Part shown: positions 47,448-57,335 of the stretch, piece after piece
Numbering within the stretch: the stretch's first letter is position 1
How the letters are laid out: every line of letters starts with the position of its first letter
From: Candidatus Nanoarchaeia archaeon
GTDB taxonomy: Archaea > Nanobdellota > Nanobdellia > Woesearchaeales > GW2011-AR9
Reading direction: 5' to 3'
Assembly (NCBI GenBank): GCA_035289845.1
Contig: DATDWB010000027.1
Span: 621-64,620, forward strand
DNA length: 64,000 bases
Notes under the pieces: model-generated
What the model was told of the DNA's origin: nothing
The model's database searches: none
What the model saw: only the letters and a program-made list of their open reading frames with translations
Translations under genes and position numbers: made by a program

Positions 47448-49799
47448 TCAATTCTTCCTAGCCAGAACCACACTCAGCAGCCCAAAAGCTGCCAGCAGGA
47501 AATAGGGAATTAATTTTTTGGATTTGACTGAACTGGATTCATAAATCACAATACCCGGAGAGGTGGGAAATTCTTTGGTTTCTAAAATTGATTTAATGGG
47601 GGTAGTAGGTAAATAATTATTTTCTAAACCAATTTCACCACGGCTACTTACTCCAGCTAAAGTGGATAAAGTTCCCTCCGCTAAATTTTCAGCCTTAACT
47701 TTAGTAACATAAATGGTTTCAGTTAAATCAGTAGTTGTTTTAAGATCGTTTTTCTTGATTTTAACCTTTAATTTATATTCGCCTTCTTTCATCTCGGAAT
47801 CTAAATTGAGCCAGAAATCAACCATTTTAACTTCGTTCTCTTTCAAGGAAACGGACTTAGTATTGCCTTCCCGCTCCTGATCCACACAGGAATAACATTT
47901 ACTACCCCGATAAACATAACTCCAGACCTCATAATTCTGAGAGTAGCGGTCTGCCTTAAGTTGTACTTTAAAGGTTAGGATGCCTCCCTGTCCAATGGTA
48001 GTTGGAAGATCAATTACCTCAAAATTAGGATTGGAAGAGGAAGCAGTATTTTCCGTATCCTTAACATAATCTAAGTAATCTTTACAAATATTTTGGTCTA
48101 CTCCTTGCAGAGTTATTTCTTGCTCCGATCTTAAACCTAAACCCTCTACTACTACCGTGGCTTGGCCGCTAGAAATTTTTTGGTTACAATTGGGAATTAA
48201 TTGAATAGGGATAGTTAAGGGATAAGCAGTATATCCATCCAACAAACTAATTTTGCTAACTGAACTTATTTTTACTCCCTCTTTCTCTACCCAAGTCTGG
48301 ACTGAATATCGGGTTTCATTTCCTTTGTAAATATTTATTTTGACTGTAAATTGATCCCCCCATTCCACTTTATGATCATTGCCCAGATATGATCGTTCAA
48401 TTTCTAAGGTAGAGGTTTTATTGGGAGGGGCAGGATTGATAGCTATGAGACGCTTAGCTAGATTATTACCTAAATTGTTATCTTGGCAGGTCATATTTTC
48501 CAGCCAAAATTTAATTTCATAGACCCCCTCTTTTAAGTTGGGAGAGTAAGAATTACTAGCAGTGTTTAGAACTATTTTATTAGTCCAGGGGGAATAATCT
48601 TTAATTTCATTCCCAAAAACATCGCTGATTAAACCTCTAACCGTAATCTTCTGGCTTAATCCAACCAGGCGGGAGACCCGAAGTTGGAAATCTACATCTG
48701 ATTCAAAGATAGAGGTGTTAAGTTCCAAATCCAGTCCCCAATCACATCCACTAGTGTAAATGTTTTCTGTTCCAGATGTAGGTCCAACCTTAAACCAGCC
48801 TTCAACAAATTGGCTGTAACTCATCCCTTCCACGGCCTGAGAAAAACTTACTTCATCAATTAACTTATGTTCTGCAACGGGATAGCCAGTAAACAACTTC
48901 ACTTGATCTTGGATCTTACTTAAATCAAAGTCTGAGTCCCCATCCCGGTAAACAATGGTATAACAACCGGGACATAATTCCAGGGAATTAGTGTTAGAAT
49001 TGGTAAGGTAAAGTTCATGGTGGTCATCAGAGTCATACAATACTAGCCCGGCCAAAGATAAAGTTACTGGACCAGAATTATGTAATTCGATCCATTCCCC
49101 AAACGGTTTCAAAGCGAAATCATCGCCTAGCGGATCAACCATCACTTCAGTTATTTCTAAAAACTGAAAATAATTAGGATTATTGATTAGGTCATTAGAA
49201 CCTTCCGAAAAAGTTGAATTTATTTCAGAAGCGCTAAGTTCATAATTTTCTTGGCCGGGAGTTCCAAAATTTATCCAACTCTCAGTCCAAGATTGATCTT
49301 TATTTCGCTGCAAAGTTTTATTATTTTTATAACCACCCCAATTTTGAGTGTAAGAAAAATTTAGAGCATAAGTTCCATTACCTAAGGAGAGGGTATCTTC
49401 TTCATTACCTAAGCCATTGCCTAAAGAATAATCATCCACACATAAGAAAAATTGATTATAAAATAAATTACTGGAATAATCAAAACTGGAATTGAAATCT
49501 TGGTCAACTAGAATAACATAGCTATTAGGGGCAGAAATAAGTGAACATTCCGCGGAAAAAGAACAGCAAGTTAACTGATCTGTGTTTTTGTTGTCAGTAA
49601 AAGTCCAACCGCTAAGATTGAATTGGTAATTATTAGGATTATACAGCTCGATCCATTCCTCACCAACAGAAGGAGCATACATAATTTCATTAAATTCCAT
49701 TCCTTCAACTGCAGTAGAAGCAATTGCTAGGATTGCTAAAGTTAGAACACCCAACGATGTCAAAAATTCTTTGAACACCTCCCTTTTTACACCCATCAA
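47448..49799 (-). CDS. large surface protein with two lamin-tail-like (LTD) domains, signal peptide and C-terminal TM anchor
   Basis: LTD-like 'EIMYAPSVGEEWIELYNPNNYQFNLSGWTFTD' and 'EVMVDPLGDD...GEWIELHNSGPVTLSLAGLVLYD'. Signal peptide at the N-terminus. C-terminal 'LIPYFLLAAFGLLSVVLARKN'. Confidence 0.55.
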   Translation of the reverse strand: MMGVKREVFKEFLTSLGVLTLAILAIASTAVEGMEFNEIMYAPSVGEEWIELYNPNNYQFNLSGWTFTDNKNTDQLTCCSFSAECSLISAPNSYVILVDQDFNSSFDYSSNLFYNQFFLCVDDYSLGNGLGNEEDTLSLGNGTYALNFSYTQNWGGYKNNKTLQRNKDQSWTESWINFGTPGQENYELSASEINSTFSEGSNDLINNPNYFQFLEITEVMVDPLGDDFALKPFGEWIELHNSGPVTLSLAGLVLYDSDDHHELYLTNSNTNSLELCPGCYTIVYRDGDSDFDLSKIQDQVKLFTGYPVAEHKLIDEVSFSQAVEGMSYSQFVEGWFKVGPTSGTENIYTSGCDWGLDLELNTSIFESDVDFQLRVSRLVGLSQKITVRGLISDVFGNEIKDYSPWTNKIVLNTASNSYSPNLKEGVYEIKFWLENMTCQDNNLGNNLAKRLIAINPAPPNKTSTLEIERSYLGNDHKVEWGDQFTVKINIYKGNETRYSVQTWVEKEGVKISSVSKISLLDGYTAYPLTIPIQLIPNCNQKISSGQATVVVEGLGLRSEQEITLQGVDQNICKDYLDYVKDTENTASSSNPNFEVIDLPTTIGQGGILTFKVQLKADRYSQNYEVWSYVYRGSKCYSCVDQEREGNTKSVSLKENEVKMVDFWLNLDSEMKEGEYKLKVKIKKNDLKTTTDLTETIYVTKVKAENLAEGTLSTLAGVSSRGEIGLENNYLPTTPIKSILETKEFPTSPGIVIYESSSVKSKKLIPYFLLAAFGLLSVVLARKN

Positions 49800-49935
49800 A
49801 ATTTGTGACCACAGGGGAGATATTAAAGTATTTCTATACTTTTCTGATAAAATGTCCTTATACTACCCCCTCTTCACCATTCTGGAATACTAAACAAACT
49901 TTTTAAACTTACTTTATATAAGTGTTTTATATATC

Positions 49936-50484
49936 ATGGGATGGTTATTTGGAAAAAAGAAAGAACCGCGTGTTCCTTTACCTGAAGGACACTTAGTCGA
50001 TGAGAGAGCACTACATTTCCCACCTCCTAGTTCAATGCGTAAAACTCTATTGGAGCCGGAAAAGGCTCGAGAACTGGTAGGGATGAAAAACCGTTCATCA
50101 GCCTTAGCCAGCTTGCCTGAACTACCTCAATTGGGTGAGGAAGTATTGCCTAGGATGGAAGTTAGAGAGAGGATTACCTCAGAAAGGCCAGGTCAACCTA
50201 AACGAGAAATGATGCTAGCTAAACCAGTTGTGTCCCGGTCCCGCCATGAAAATCCGTTGCGGGATAACAGTCTTTACCTAAACATAAGTGATTATAAAAG
50301 CGTCCTATTAAGAAAAGAACAACTAAAATCTGATACCTTAAAACTTCAGGAAAAAAACAAAAATTTAGAAAATTCCGAATTCAATGAAGATAAAAATTTA
50401 GAAAAAATTAAACGAACAATAAAACATCTGCACGATGACCTGCTACGTATAGATAAGATCTTGTTCGATCCCCAAGGTGATTAA
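49936..50484 (+). CDS. hypothetical protein (182 aa), first of three small coiled-coil genes
   Basis: ORF only. C-terminal coiled coil. Overlaps the next ORF by 8 nt. Confidence 0.35.
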   Translation: MGWLFGKKKEPRVPLPEGHLVDERALHFPPPSSMRKTLLEPEKARELVGMKNRSSALASLPELPQLGEEVLPRMEVRERITSERPGQPKREMMLAKPVVSRSRHENPLRDNSLYLNISDYKSVLLRKEQLKSDTLKLQEKNKNLENSEFNEDKNLEKIKRTIKHLHDDLLRIDKILFDPQGD

Positions 50485-50713
50485 AATGGAAAAAATGCCT
50501 ATTTTTGTAAAAGTTGACGACTACCAAGATGTGCTTGATCTAATCAAAAACATTAAGAAAAAAATTGATGAATCTAAGGAGACTTTATCTAAAATACATG
50601 AACTTAAAAATGAAGAAGATCATCAATTAGAATTGTGGCAAAGCACTCTAGCTGAAGTCGAGAAAAAAATTGAGGTCATAAGTCATACTTTACATGAACC
50701 CCAACAATTTTAA
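50477..50713 (+). CDS. small coiled-coil protein (78 aa)
   Basis: ORF only. Translationally coupled position. Confidence 0.3.
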   Translation: MIKMEKMPIFVKVDDYQDVLDLIKNIKKKIDESKETLSKIHELKNEEDHQLELWQSTLAEVEKKIEVISHTLHEPQQF

Positions 50714-50736
50714 CTAAATTAGATCAGGATTTTAAA

Positions 50737-51159
50737 ATGTCAACTAAGAAAAGGAAACGAGATAAGAAGCAGGCAGCTTCTAGCGGACCTAGATCTAAAT
50801 CTCCTAATTATATGGTTCAAATTGATGAACCTAAAGTATTGAGGAAGGAAGTATTGGAATCACTGCGAGAAGTTATTATTTTTACCAAAGGATTTGAAAA
50901 AATTGTAAAATTGCAGCAGGAAAAAGTTGGTTTGTTCACCAACCTGAAGGAGAGTGTAAAAGACCTTAAAGCCCTAGTAGACACTAAACTAAACCGTTAT
51001 CTACCGGAAGTGGCAGAGCCTAAAGTTTACAAGGAAGAGAAAAAAGAAATTAAGGCTGCTGAAAAGAGTTCCAAACCGGTGAGCAAAGAGGAGCAGAATC
51101 TTAACCAGCTGGAAAGCCAATTGAAGCAGATCGAAAAGCAGTTGAATGCGATTAATTGA
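50737..51159 (+). CDS. basic/coiled-coil hypothetical protein (140 aa)
   Basis: Lys/Arg-rich N-terminus and heptad-like C-terminus. Confidence 0.35.
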   Translation: MSTKKRKRDKKQAASSGPRSKSPNYMVQIDEPKVLRKEVLESLREVIIFTKGFEKIVKLQQEKVGLFTNLKESVKDLKALVDTKLNRYLPEVAEPKVYKEEKKEIKAAEKSSKPVSKEEQNLNQLESQLKQIEKQLNAIN

Positions 51160-51231
51160 GCTATAAACCCTTAATTTTTCCAATAATTTTATAAAAGATG
51201 TTCTTAGACTAAAAGTAGCTCCACATTTCAT

Positions 51232-51432
51232 GTGCGCGTGCCGGAGTGGTCAAACGGGACGGTTCGTTTGGCATGTAGGTGCTAATATGAGTCCAGACTC
51301 AAGTCGTTAGGGCAATGAGGTTTCCATAAGAAATCGGTGAAGTGTCCGGGAGCCATCCGTTGGTTTAGTACCTACGCAGGTTCGAACGCCAGTATCCTTA
51401 AGTGATCTGGATCGAAAGCCCTGCCGCGCACA
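51232..51432 (+). tRNA. intron-rich tRNA gene (~201 nt), identity unresolved: tRNA ends with ~32-nt T-loop insertion plus a large internal insertion
   Basis: Acceptor GTGCGCG/CGCGCAC plus discriminator A. D-arm CCG-GAGTGGTCAAA-CGG. T-stem GCAGG + TTCGAAC, then 'GCCAGTATCCTTAAGTGATCTGGATCGAAAGC', then CCTGC. Possible extra arm GGT-TTAGT-ACC. About 90 extra nt in the anticodon region. Followed by 'TTTTTATTTTT'. Confidence 0.5.
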
Positions 51433-51724
51433 TTTTTATTTTTGCTTCAACGGAGATATTTAAGGCAAGATATTATTTTTTGTTTAAAATAGATGATGGT
51501 AAAATAAACATAAAACCTACTTGGTATAAGGTAAGTTATTCTTTGGGGATGTAGGCAAGGATCAAATAGTAAGAAAAATTAGGTTGTGATTACCCACCTC
51601 AAGATAAAGTAGAAGGCCTAGCTAGCTTAGAATGGATTATTAGGATTACCCCAAAAGGAAGGAGTACCAGATTAAATTCTTCCAAAACCACATCTTTTTT
51701 AAAGGCAATTACTTTCCCTATCCC

Positions 51725-53065
51725 ATGTCTATAGAAGTCTGCACCCTGGGAGGTTTCTCCGATACTGGTCGGAATTCCACCGCTATTAAGATTGATGATG
51801 AAGTCATAATATTAGATATGGGGCTGCATATGGAAAATTATATCCAACATACCGAAGACCGGGAAGATGTCAGCTCTAAGACTTATTCTGAACTGCTAAA
51901 AGTTCAAGCAGTTCCGGATTATGGCCCCATTGAAGACTGGAAAGATAAAGTTAAAGCGATCATACCATCCCATGGACATTTGGACCACATGGGAGCCATT
52001 CCCTTCGCCGCCCCGTTATTTCCTAAAGCACCTATTATATGCACCCCCTTTACCGCCGAAATTTTGCGATTTACATTTGCGGATGAGAATATTAAGATAC
52101 CTAACAAACTTATACCTTTAAACCTGAATTCAGTTTACAAGCTCACCGACAAAATTTCAGTAGAATTGGTCTATATGACTCATTCCATACCTCACACTTC
52201 TTTAGTTACCTTGCATACTCCTTATGGCAAGATAGTTTACGCTAATGATTACAAGATTGACTTGCAGCCTACTTTAGGCCAGAAACCTAATTTTGCTCGC
52301 CTTAAAAAAATTGGAGAAGAAGGAGTAGTGCTGTTAGTAATTGAATCGTTGTACGCCCATGAACATAAAAAATGTCCCTCCGAATCGGTAGCCAGGCAGA
52401 TGCTTAAAGATACTCTATTTAGTATTAATACTGAAAGCAAAGCGGTTATTGTTACCACGTTTTCCTCCCACCTGGCCAGGTTAAAAAGCATAATTGAAAT
52501 TGGAAGAAAGTTGAATCGGAAAATTGTATTTTTAGGTAGGTCGCTGCACAAATATGTTATGGCCGGAGAGAAAATAAATTTAGTCCAATTTACCAACGAA
52601 GTGCAAATAATTCGCCATAAAGATAAAATTAATAATTTTTTGCGGAAAATAGCAAAGCTGGGAAGGGATAAATACCTTATTGTCTGTACTGGACATCAAG
52701 GTGAACCCAAAGCTATATTGTCTAGGCTGGTGCGGGATGAATTTGAGTTTAAATTTTCTTCAGGAGACATTGTAGTTTTCAGCTGTTCAGTTATTCCAGT
52801 AGAATTGAATAAAATTAATCGGGAAAAGTTGGAACAGCAATTAAAAAATAAAAAAGTACGAATTTTTACAGATGTGCATGTTTCCGGCCATGCCGCCAGG
52901 GAAGACCACCGGGAATTGATTGAAATGATCAAACCTAAAAATATAATCCCCTCCCATGCACCCTACGAGAAAGCCATAAATATTATTACCCTGGCCCAGG
53001 AAATGGGGTATAAAACCAAGAATTTACATTTGATGGAAAATGGAAAAAGGATAGTGTTGAAGTGA
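51725..53065 (+). CDS. rnj: RNase J-like beta-CASP/metallo-beta-lactamase ribonuclease
   Basis: 'IPSHGHLDHMGAIP' (HxHxDH), later Asp/His motifs. About 446 aa, typical of archaeal RNase J. Confidence 0.8.
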   Translation: MSIEVCTLGGFSDTGRNSTAIKIDDEVIILDMGLHMENYIQHTEDREDVSSKTYSELLKVQAVPDYGPIEDWKDKVKAIIPSHGHLDHMGAIPFAAPLFPKAPIICTPFTAEILRFTFADENIKIPNKLIPLNLNSVYKLTDKISVELVYMTHSIPHTSLVTLHTPYGKIVYANDYKIDLQPTLGQKPNFARLKKIGEEGVVLLVIESLYAHEHKKCPSESVARQMLKDTLFSINTESKAVIVTTFSSHLARLKSIIEIGRKLNRKIVFLGRSLHKYVMAGEKINLVQFTNEVQIIRHKDKINNFLRKIAKLGRDKYLIVCTGHQGEPKAILSRLVRDEFEFKFSSGDIVVFSCSVIPVELNKINREKLEQQLKNKKVRIFTDVHVSGHAAREDHRELIEMIKPKNIIPSHAPYEKAINIITLAQEMGYKTKNLHLMENGKRIVLK

Positions 53066-53280
53066 GTTTATAAGTAGGATCTTTTTTGATTTTTAAAAAA
53101 AAATGATGCCTAAAAATATTTTTCCCCCTTATGATCCAACTACTGAAAATTTAACAGCAGTCATCGCAATAAATATTTTACAACTAAAAAGCTGGATAAT
53201 ATTCGGGCAAGGTTAAATTCTGAAACTAAAAATTCTAAAACCAATTGATATATTTAGATTAGCATGGACTTATACCAGCC

Positions 53281-53402
53281 ATAGAGAAGTTTGCATAATT
53301 AAATTATTTATCCGCAAACTTCTAAAGAGAATTTGAAATAAACGTAATTTTGGCATTAAACAAATGATATATTTACCAAAATTACTATTTTTCAAACTTC
53401 TC
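53281..53402. repeat. palindromic intergenic repeat element, copy C (near-identical to copy B)
   Basis: 'ATAGAGAAGTTTGCATAATTAAATTATTTATCCGCAAACTTCTAAAGAGAATTTGAAATAAACGTAATTTTGG...CCAAAATTACTATTTTTCAAACTTCTC'. Same orientation and architecture as 18933..19054. Confidence 0.6.
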
Positions 53403-53729
53403 CATAATAAAATTTATTTATCTAATGCCTTATTTTACGACCACCCCTATTTAAGCGTTGAATATTTGGAGATAGTTTCGGCCAATCTGCCTGAAGGAGG
53501 GTTGATTTATAGTGTAAAAATGACTAGAGGACAGGTTTATACTCCGCCTTCAACTAAAATAGATATAGAACTTACAAAAATCGCTAATCTGAAAATACAA
53601 ATAATCAGATGTTGATCACTGAAGTCTACCGAGTCCGACCTAAAAACAAGGAGGGGTAGAAACAATACCCTCCATTACAACAATTTTTATAAAGGAAACT
53701 CCTTCTGAGGGAACATTAAGGGTGGAATT

Positions 53730-54476
53730 ATGAAGATAGTTATGGCTGAACCGCGCTATTTTAAAGATAGTATATCAATAATATCTGAATTAGTCAGTGA
53801 AGTCAAATTTAAGGCTAATGCGGATGGATTGGAATTGATTGCTATGGATCCGGCTAACGTAGCTATGGTAGTATTTAAAATACTTAGCAGTAGCTTTACT
53901 GAATACAATGTAAAGAAGACCGAAGATGTAGCCATCAACCTAAATAACCTTAAACAAATTTTAAGACGAGCTAAGGTGGATGACACTTTAACCTTAGAAA
54001 CTACTGAAGATAATAAATTTAAAATCATATTAAAAGGCAGTACAACCCGATCCTTTTCCATACCAACTATTGAAATTGAAGACAAACAGCAAAAAGTCCC
54101 CGAGCTTACCTTCCCTATAGTAGTGGAAACCACTTCCCAACTTTTAACCGACTCTATTGAAGATGTAAGCGTAGTAGCTGAATCAGTAACATTCCTGGGA
54201 GAAAAAGACCAATTATCAATTAAAGCGGAAGGGGATCTTTCTAAAGCCTTCATTGAAGTTAAACCTAATAAAAATACAATTATTACTACTAATTCGACAG
54301 ATAAATTTAAAGCTAAATATTCTTTGGAGTATCTTAAAAAAATGATTCCGGCGGCCAAGTTATCAGAGAAAGTTTTTCTACATTTTAACACTGATTATCC
54401 CTTAAAGTTGGAATATAAAGTAACAGATAGGCTAGCACTGAGTTTTATTCTAGCCCCTAGAGTAGATAATGATTGA
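53730..54476 (+). CDS. pcn: DNA polymerase sliding clamp PCNA
   Basis: 248 aa. 'FKANADGLELIAMDPANVAMVVFKI' N-domain and overall two-domain clamp layout. C-terminal region typical of PCNA. Confidence 0.9.
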   Translation: MKIVMAEPRYFKDSISIISELVSEVKFKANADGLELIAMDPANVAMVVFKILSSSFTEYNVKKTEDVAINLNNLKQILRRAKVDDTLTLETTEDNKFKIILKGSTTRSFSIPTIEIEDKQQKVPELTFPIVVETTSQLLTDSIEDVSVVAESVTFLGEKDQLSIKAEGDLSKAFIEVKPNKNTIITTNSTDKFKAKYSLEYLKKMIPAAKLSEKVFLHFNTDYPLKLEYKVTDRLALSFILAPRVDND

Positions 54477-54616
54477 GGCTGATCCAGAATAAAATGTTAA
54501 GTTGTTCTAAGAACAAATTAATAGAATCATATGAAAAATATAAAAAATTTCCCATTTAGAAAATTAATCACTTCTTGAAGACAATTTTATAAAGTACACT
54601 GGAAAATATAGCCCTA

Positions 54617-56080
54617 ATGGATTGTATTATCTTAAGGTATGCTGAAATAGGACTAAAAAGTAAACGTACTAAAGGGTTCTTTGAGAAAAAATACCTCCAA
54701 GCCATAAAAGAAGCCCTAAACCGGAAAAAAATAGAATTTTCAGAAATAAAAAATTATGGGGGGCGGTTTGTGGTTCTTACCCCAAACGAAGACGCGGTGT
54801 ATGTATTACGCAATGTTCCCGGGATTGAAAGTTTATCTCCGGCCATAAGCGGAAAATTCCAAGACCAGGAAGATCTTATCACTAAGATTAAACCCTTAGC
54901 TGAACCGTTGGTAAAAGGCAAAACTTTTGGGGTAAGAGTCAAAAAAATAGGAAATCATCCCTTTACCTCTTTAGAGATATCCGCCAAAATTGCTGATTTG
55001 ATCTATGGTGGAAGCGCGGGGGTTAACCTCACTTCGCCTGAAGTGGCAATTTACATTGAATTAAGGGATAAAGACTTTTTTGTTTACACCCAAACATTAA
55101 AAGGTATTGGCGGTTTATCCTCCGCCAGTACAGGAAAAGTTTTGGTGCTGTTCTCAGGAGGAATTGACAGCCCAGTAGCGGCTCATTCCATGCTTAAGCG
55201 TGGATGTAAGTGTGATTTTTTGCTAGTTAATTTTTCTGGAGACAAAAATTTTTCCCAAGTAGCAAAGGTGTATAATTTTTTAATTAACGAGTATGCCTTT
55301 AACTACACCCCTAAATTTTATTTAATAAATGGCCAAGAAATAATTGAACAAATTCAACAAAATGTTCCCGACAGGCTTAAACAGATAGCCCTAAAAATAA
55401 ATTTATACCGGTTGGCTTCGGAAATTGCCCAGGAAGAGGGGCAGGAAGCAATTGTAACCGGAGAAGCTCTTTCACAAAAATCCAGCCAGACAGTTCAGTC
55501 CCTAGCGGTTATAAGCAGCCAGACTACCCAATTGATGCTGCGGCCACTCCTAGGAATGAACAAGACCGAAATTGTAGAGTTAGCTAGAAAAATTGGAACC
55601 TTGGCAGCTTCAGAAAAAGTAAAAGAGTACTGTAACCTTTCATCTGGGCCGGTAAACACTTCCCCTAAGATGAGTGATATAGAAAAAATCCCAGTACAGC
55701 CAGAACTTATCCGCCGGGCAGTTAAAGAAAAAAAGTATTTTAATGGCCTCATTAAAATAGAATTAGAACCGGATTTAATACCAGAAGAATTAGCCTGCCA
55801 AATAACCGGAAAAAAACCTAAGCCGGAAATTGAATTTACCACGGTGGACATAAGACCAAAAAATTTGCAAGAATTATCCCCCCTTAAAATGGATATTTCT
55901 AAACCGTATCCCTTTATTTTGGAAGAGATAGATGAGTTTGATAAAAATAAAACGTACTTAATTATTTGTGATTATGGAGTTAGAAGTGAAGAAGTGGCTT
56001 ACCAGCTAAGGAAAAAAGGAGTAAAAGCGGCAGGTATAACACTTAATAGTTACTTTAAGTATAGTGGTAAAAAAAATTAA
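54617..56080 (+). CDS. thiI: tRNA 4-thiouridine synthase ThiI (THUMP + PP-loop + C-terminal rhodanese-like domain)
   Basis: 'RYAEIGLKSKRTKGFFEKK', THUMP region, PP-loop 'VLFSGGIDSPVAAH', C-terminal 'YLIICDYGVRSEEVAYQLRKKG' (rhodanese Cys loop). Confidence 0.85.
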   Translation: MDCIILRYAEIGLKSKRTKGFFEKKYLQAIKEALNRKKIEFSEIKNYGGRFVVLTPNEDAVYVLRNVPGIESLSPAISGKFQDQEDLITKIKPLAEPLVKGKTFGVRVKKIGNHPFTSLEISAKIADLIYGGSAGVNLTSPEVAIYIELRDKDFFVYTQTLKGIGGLSSASTGKVLVLFSGGIDSPVAAHSMLKRGCKCDFLLVNFSGDKNFSQVAKVYNFLINEYAFNYTPKFYLINGQEIIEQIQQNVPDRLKQIALKINLYRLASEIAQEEGQEAIVTGEALSQKSSQTVQSLAVISSQTTQLMLRPLLGMNKTEIVELARKIGTLAASEKVKEYCNLSSGPVNTSPKMSDIEKIPVQPELIRRAVKEKKYFNGLIKIELEPDLIPEELACQITGKKPKPEIEFTTVDIRPKNLQELSPLKMDISKPYPFILEEIDEFDKNKTYLIICDYGVRSEEVAYQLRKKGVKAAGITLNSYFKYSGKKN

Positions 56081-56120
56081 GCGCGTAAATTATAAAAATT
56101 GAAACGATATTATAACTATA

Positions 56121-56348
56121 ATGGCCACTTATATTGAAGGAATTGTTTGGTACATTGTTTTTTTGGACTGCTTAGGGTATAATTTTCTTACCTGGACCCA
56201 AAATAAGCTGCATACTAAAACCACCCACTGGATCTCTCAGTATTTTATCTTTAATAAATTTATGGGGTTAATATATTTTATATTGGTGATGTGGGTTGGA
56301 TTTACATTATACCGAATGAAATTGCTGGGTTTTTATTGGAAAATTTAA
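56121..56348 (+). CDS. small hydrophobic protein (75 aa), doubtful
   Basis: ORF only. Trp/Tyr-rich. Could be non-coding. Confidence 0.2.
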   Translation: MATYIEGIVWYIVFLDCLGYNFLTWTQNKLHTKTTHWISQYFIFNKFMGLIYFILVMWVGFTLYRMKLLGFYWKI

Positions 56349-56535
56349 ATTCCAGAATTAGGTTCAATGTGTGGTGGTTGGTTAACAATACTTGGTTTGG
56401 CTAAGGAGATATAAATGTTGATAAGATAAAAGGTAAGTATTAAGTCTACCTGTGTTTATACATACAAATAAACCATAAGATATATATACAATTAAAGGCA
56501 GTATTGCCTAAAATAGGAAATCTGGAGGTTTTAAT

Positions 56536-57255
56536 ATGGAAAATGAGAATTTGAATGTATTGAATGTTGCTAAAGGTAAAGCTCCATCAAATAGAAACAA
56601 TTTGTTGCTGGTTGCTTCCTTAATTCAAATAGTTTTACTGATTGTAGTGATTTCAAAACTGGGCGTAAATACTACTTCCCCAACTGGTGGAGTGGTAGTG
56701 GACGATTCTTTGCCCTCACCCACTGTTCCCTTAGACATGCAAGCATTAATTGATGATGATGCCATTAAAGGTGACCCTAAAGCCCCGGTTACAATAATCG
56801 AATTTAGCGATTTTGAGTGTCCATTCTGCGGTCGATTTTATACTGAAACCCTAGGAAAAATTGATGAAAAATATATCAAAACTGGAAAAGTCAGGCTAGT
56901 CTATCGGGATTTCCCTTTAAGTTTCCATCCTCAAGCTCAAAAAGCAGCTGAAACAGCTGAATGTGCTGGCGACCAAAACAAGTACTATGATATGCACGAT
57001 AAATTGTTTGAACTGGGTGTTAGTGGAGGAGTCGCTTCCTTTAAGCAGTATGCTAAAGATTTAGGTTTAGACACCGCTAAATTTAACGCCTGCTTAGATT
57101 CAGGAGAGAAGGCCGCTGAAATAAGCAATGATTTCATTGACGGACAAAATGCAGGAATTCAAGGTACGCCCGGATTTATTGTAAATGGGATTATGATCTC
57201 GGGAGCACAGCCTTACCAAGTATTTGAGCAAGTGATTGAATCATTACTTAAATAA
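56536..57255 (+). CDS. DsbA-like thiol:disulfide oxidoreductase with N-terminal membrane anchor
   Basis: TM anchor, then thioredoxin-fold 'VTIIEFSDFECPFCGRFY' (CPFC) and 'GTPGFIVNG' cis-Pro loop region. Confidence 0.75.
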   Translation: MENENLNVLNVAKGKAPSNRNNLLLVASLIQIVLLIVVISKLGVNTTSPTGGVVVDDSLPSPTVPLDMQALIDDDAIKGDPKAPVTIIEFSDFECPFCGRFYTETLGKIDEKYIKTGKVRLVYRDFPLSFHPQAQKAAETAECAGDQNKYYDMHDKLFELGVSGGVASFKQYAKDLGLDTAKFNACLDSGEKAAEISNDFIDGQNAGIQGTPGFIVNGIMISGAQPYQVFEQVIESLLK

Positions 57256-57335
57256 AAATTTTATTTTTTTAATTTTTGTGTTTATTTAATATTAATAATT
57301 TGGGATTGATTTTAAAAAAGATTTATTGATTAAAA

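Noticed and set aside
53364-53615. 83-aa ORF in the long intergenic region upstream of PCNA.
   Set aside because: It overlaps palindromic repeat copy C and has no motif. It is more likely non-coding.
53756-54391. 211-aa antisense ORF inside the PCNA gene. The same pattern occurs for antisense or nested ORFs inside top6B (21773..22189), gyrA (42982..43173, 44551..44811, 44850..45149), dnaG (16943..17239, 17420..17608), ThiI (55495..55851), RNase J (51919..52596) and the sigma factor gene (11386..11619, 12160..12450).
   Set aside because: Each is fully embedded in a confidently identified gene on the other strand and has low-complexity composition typical of shadow ORFs.
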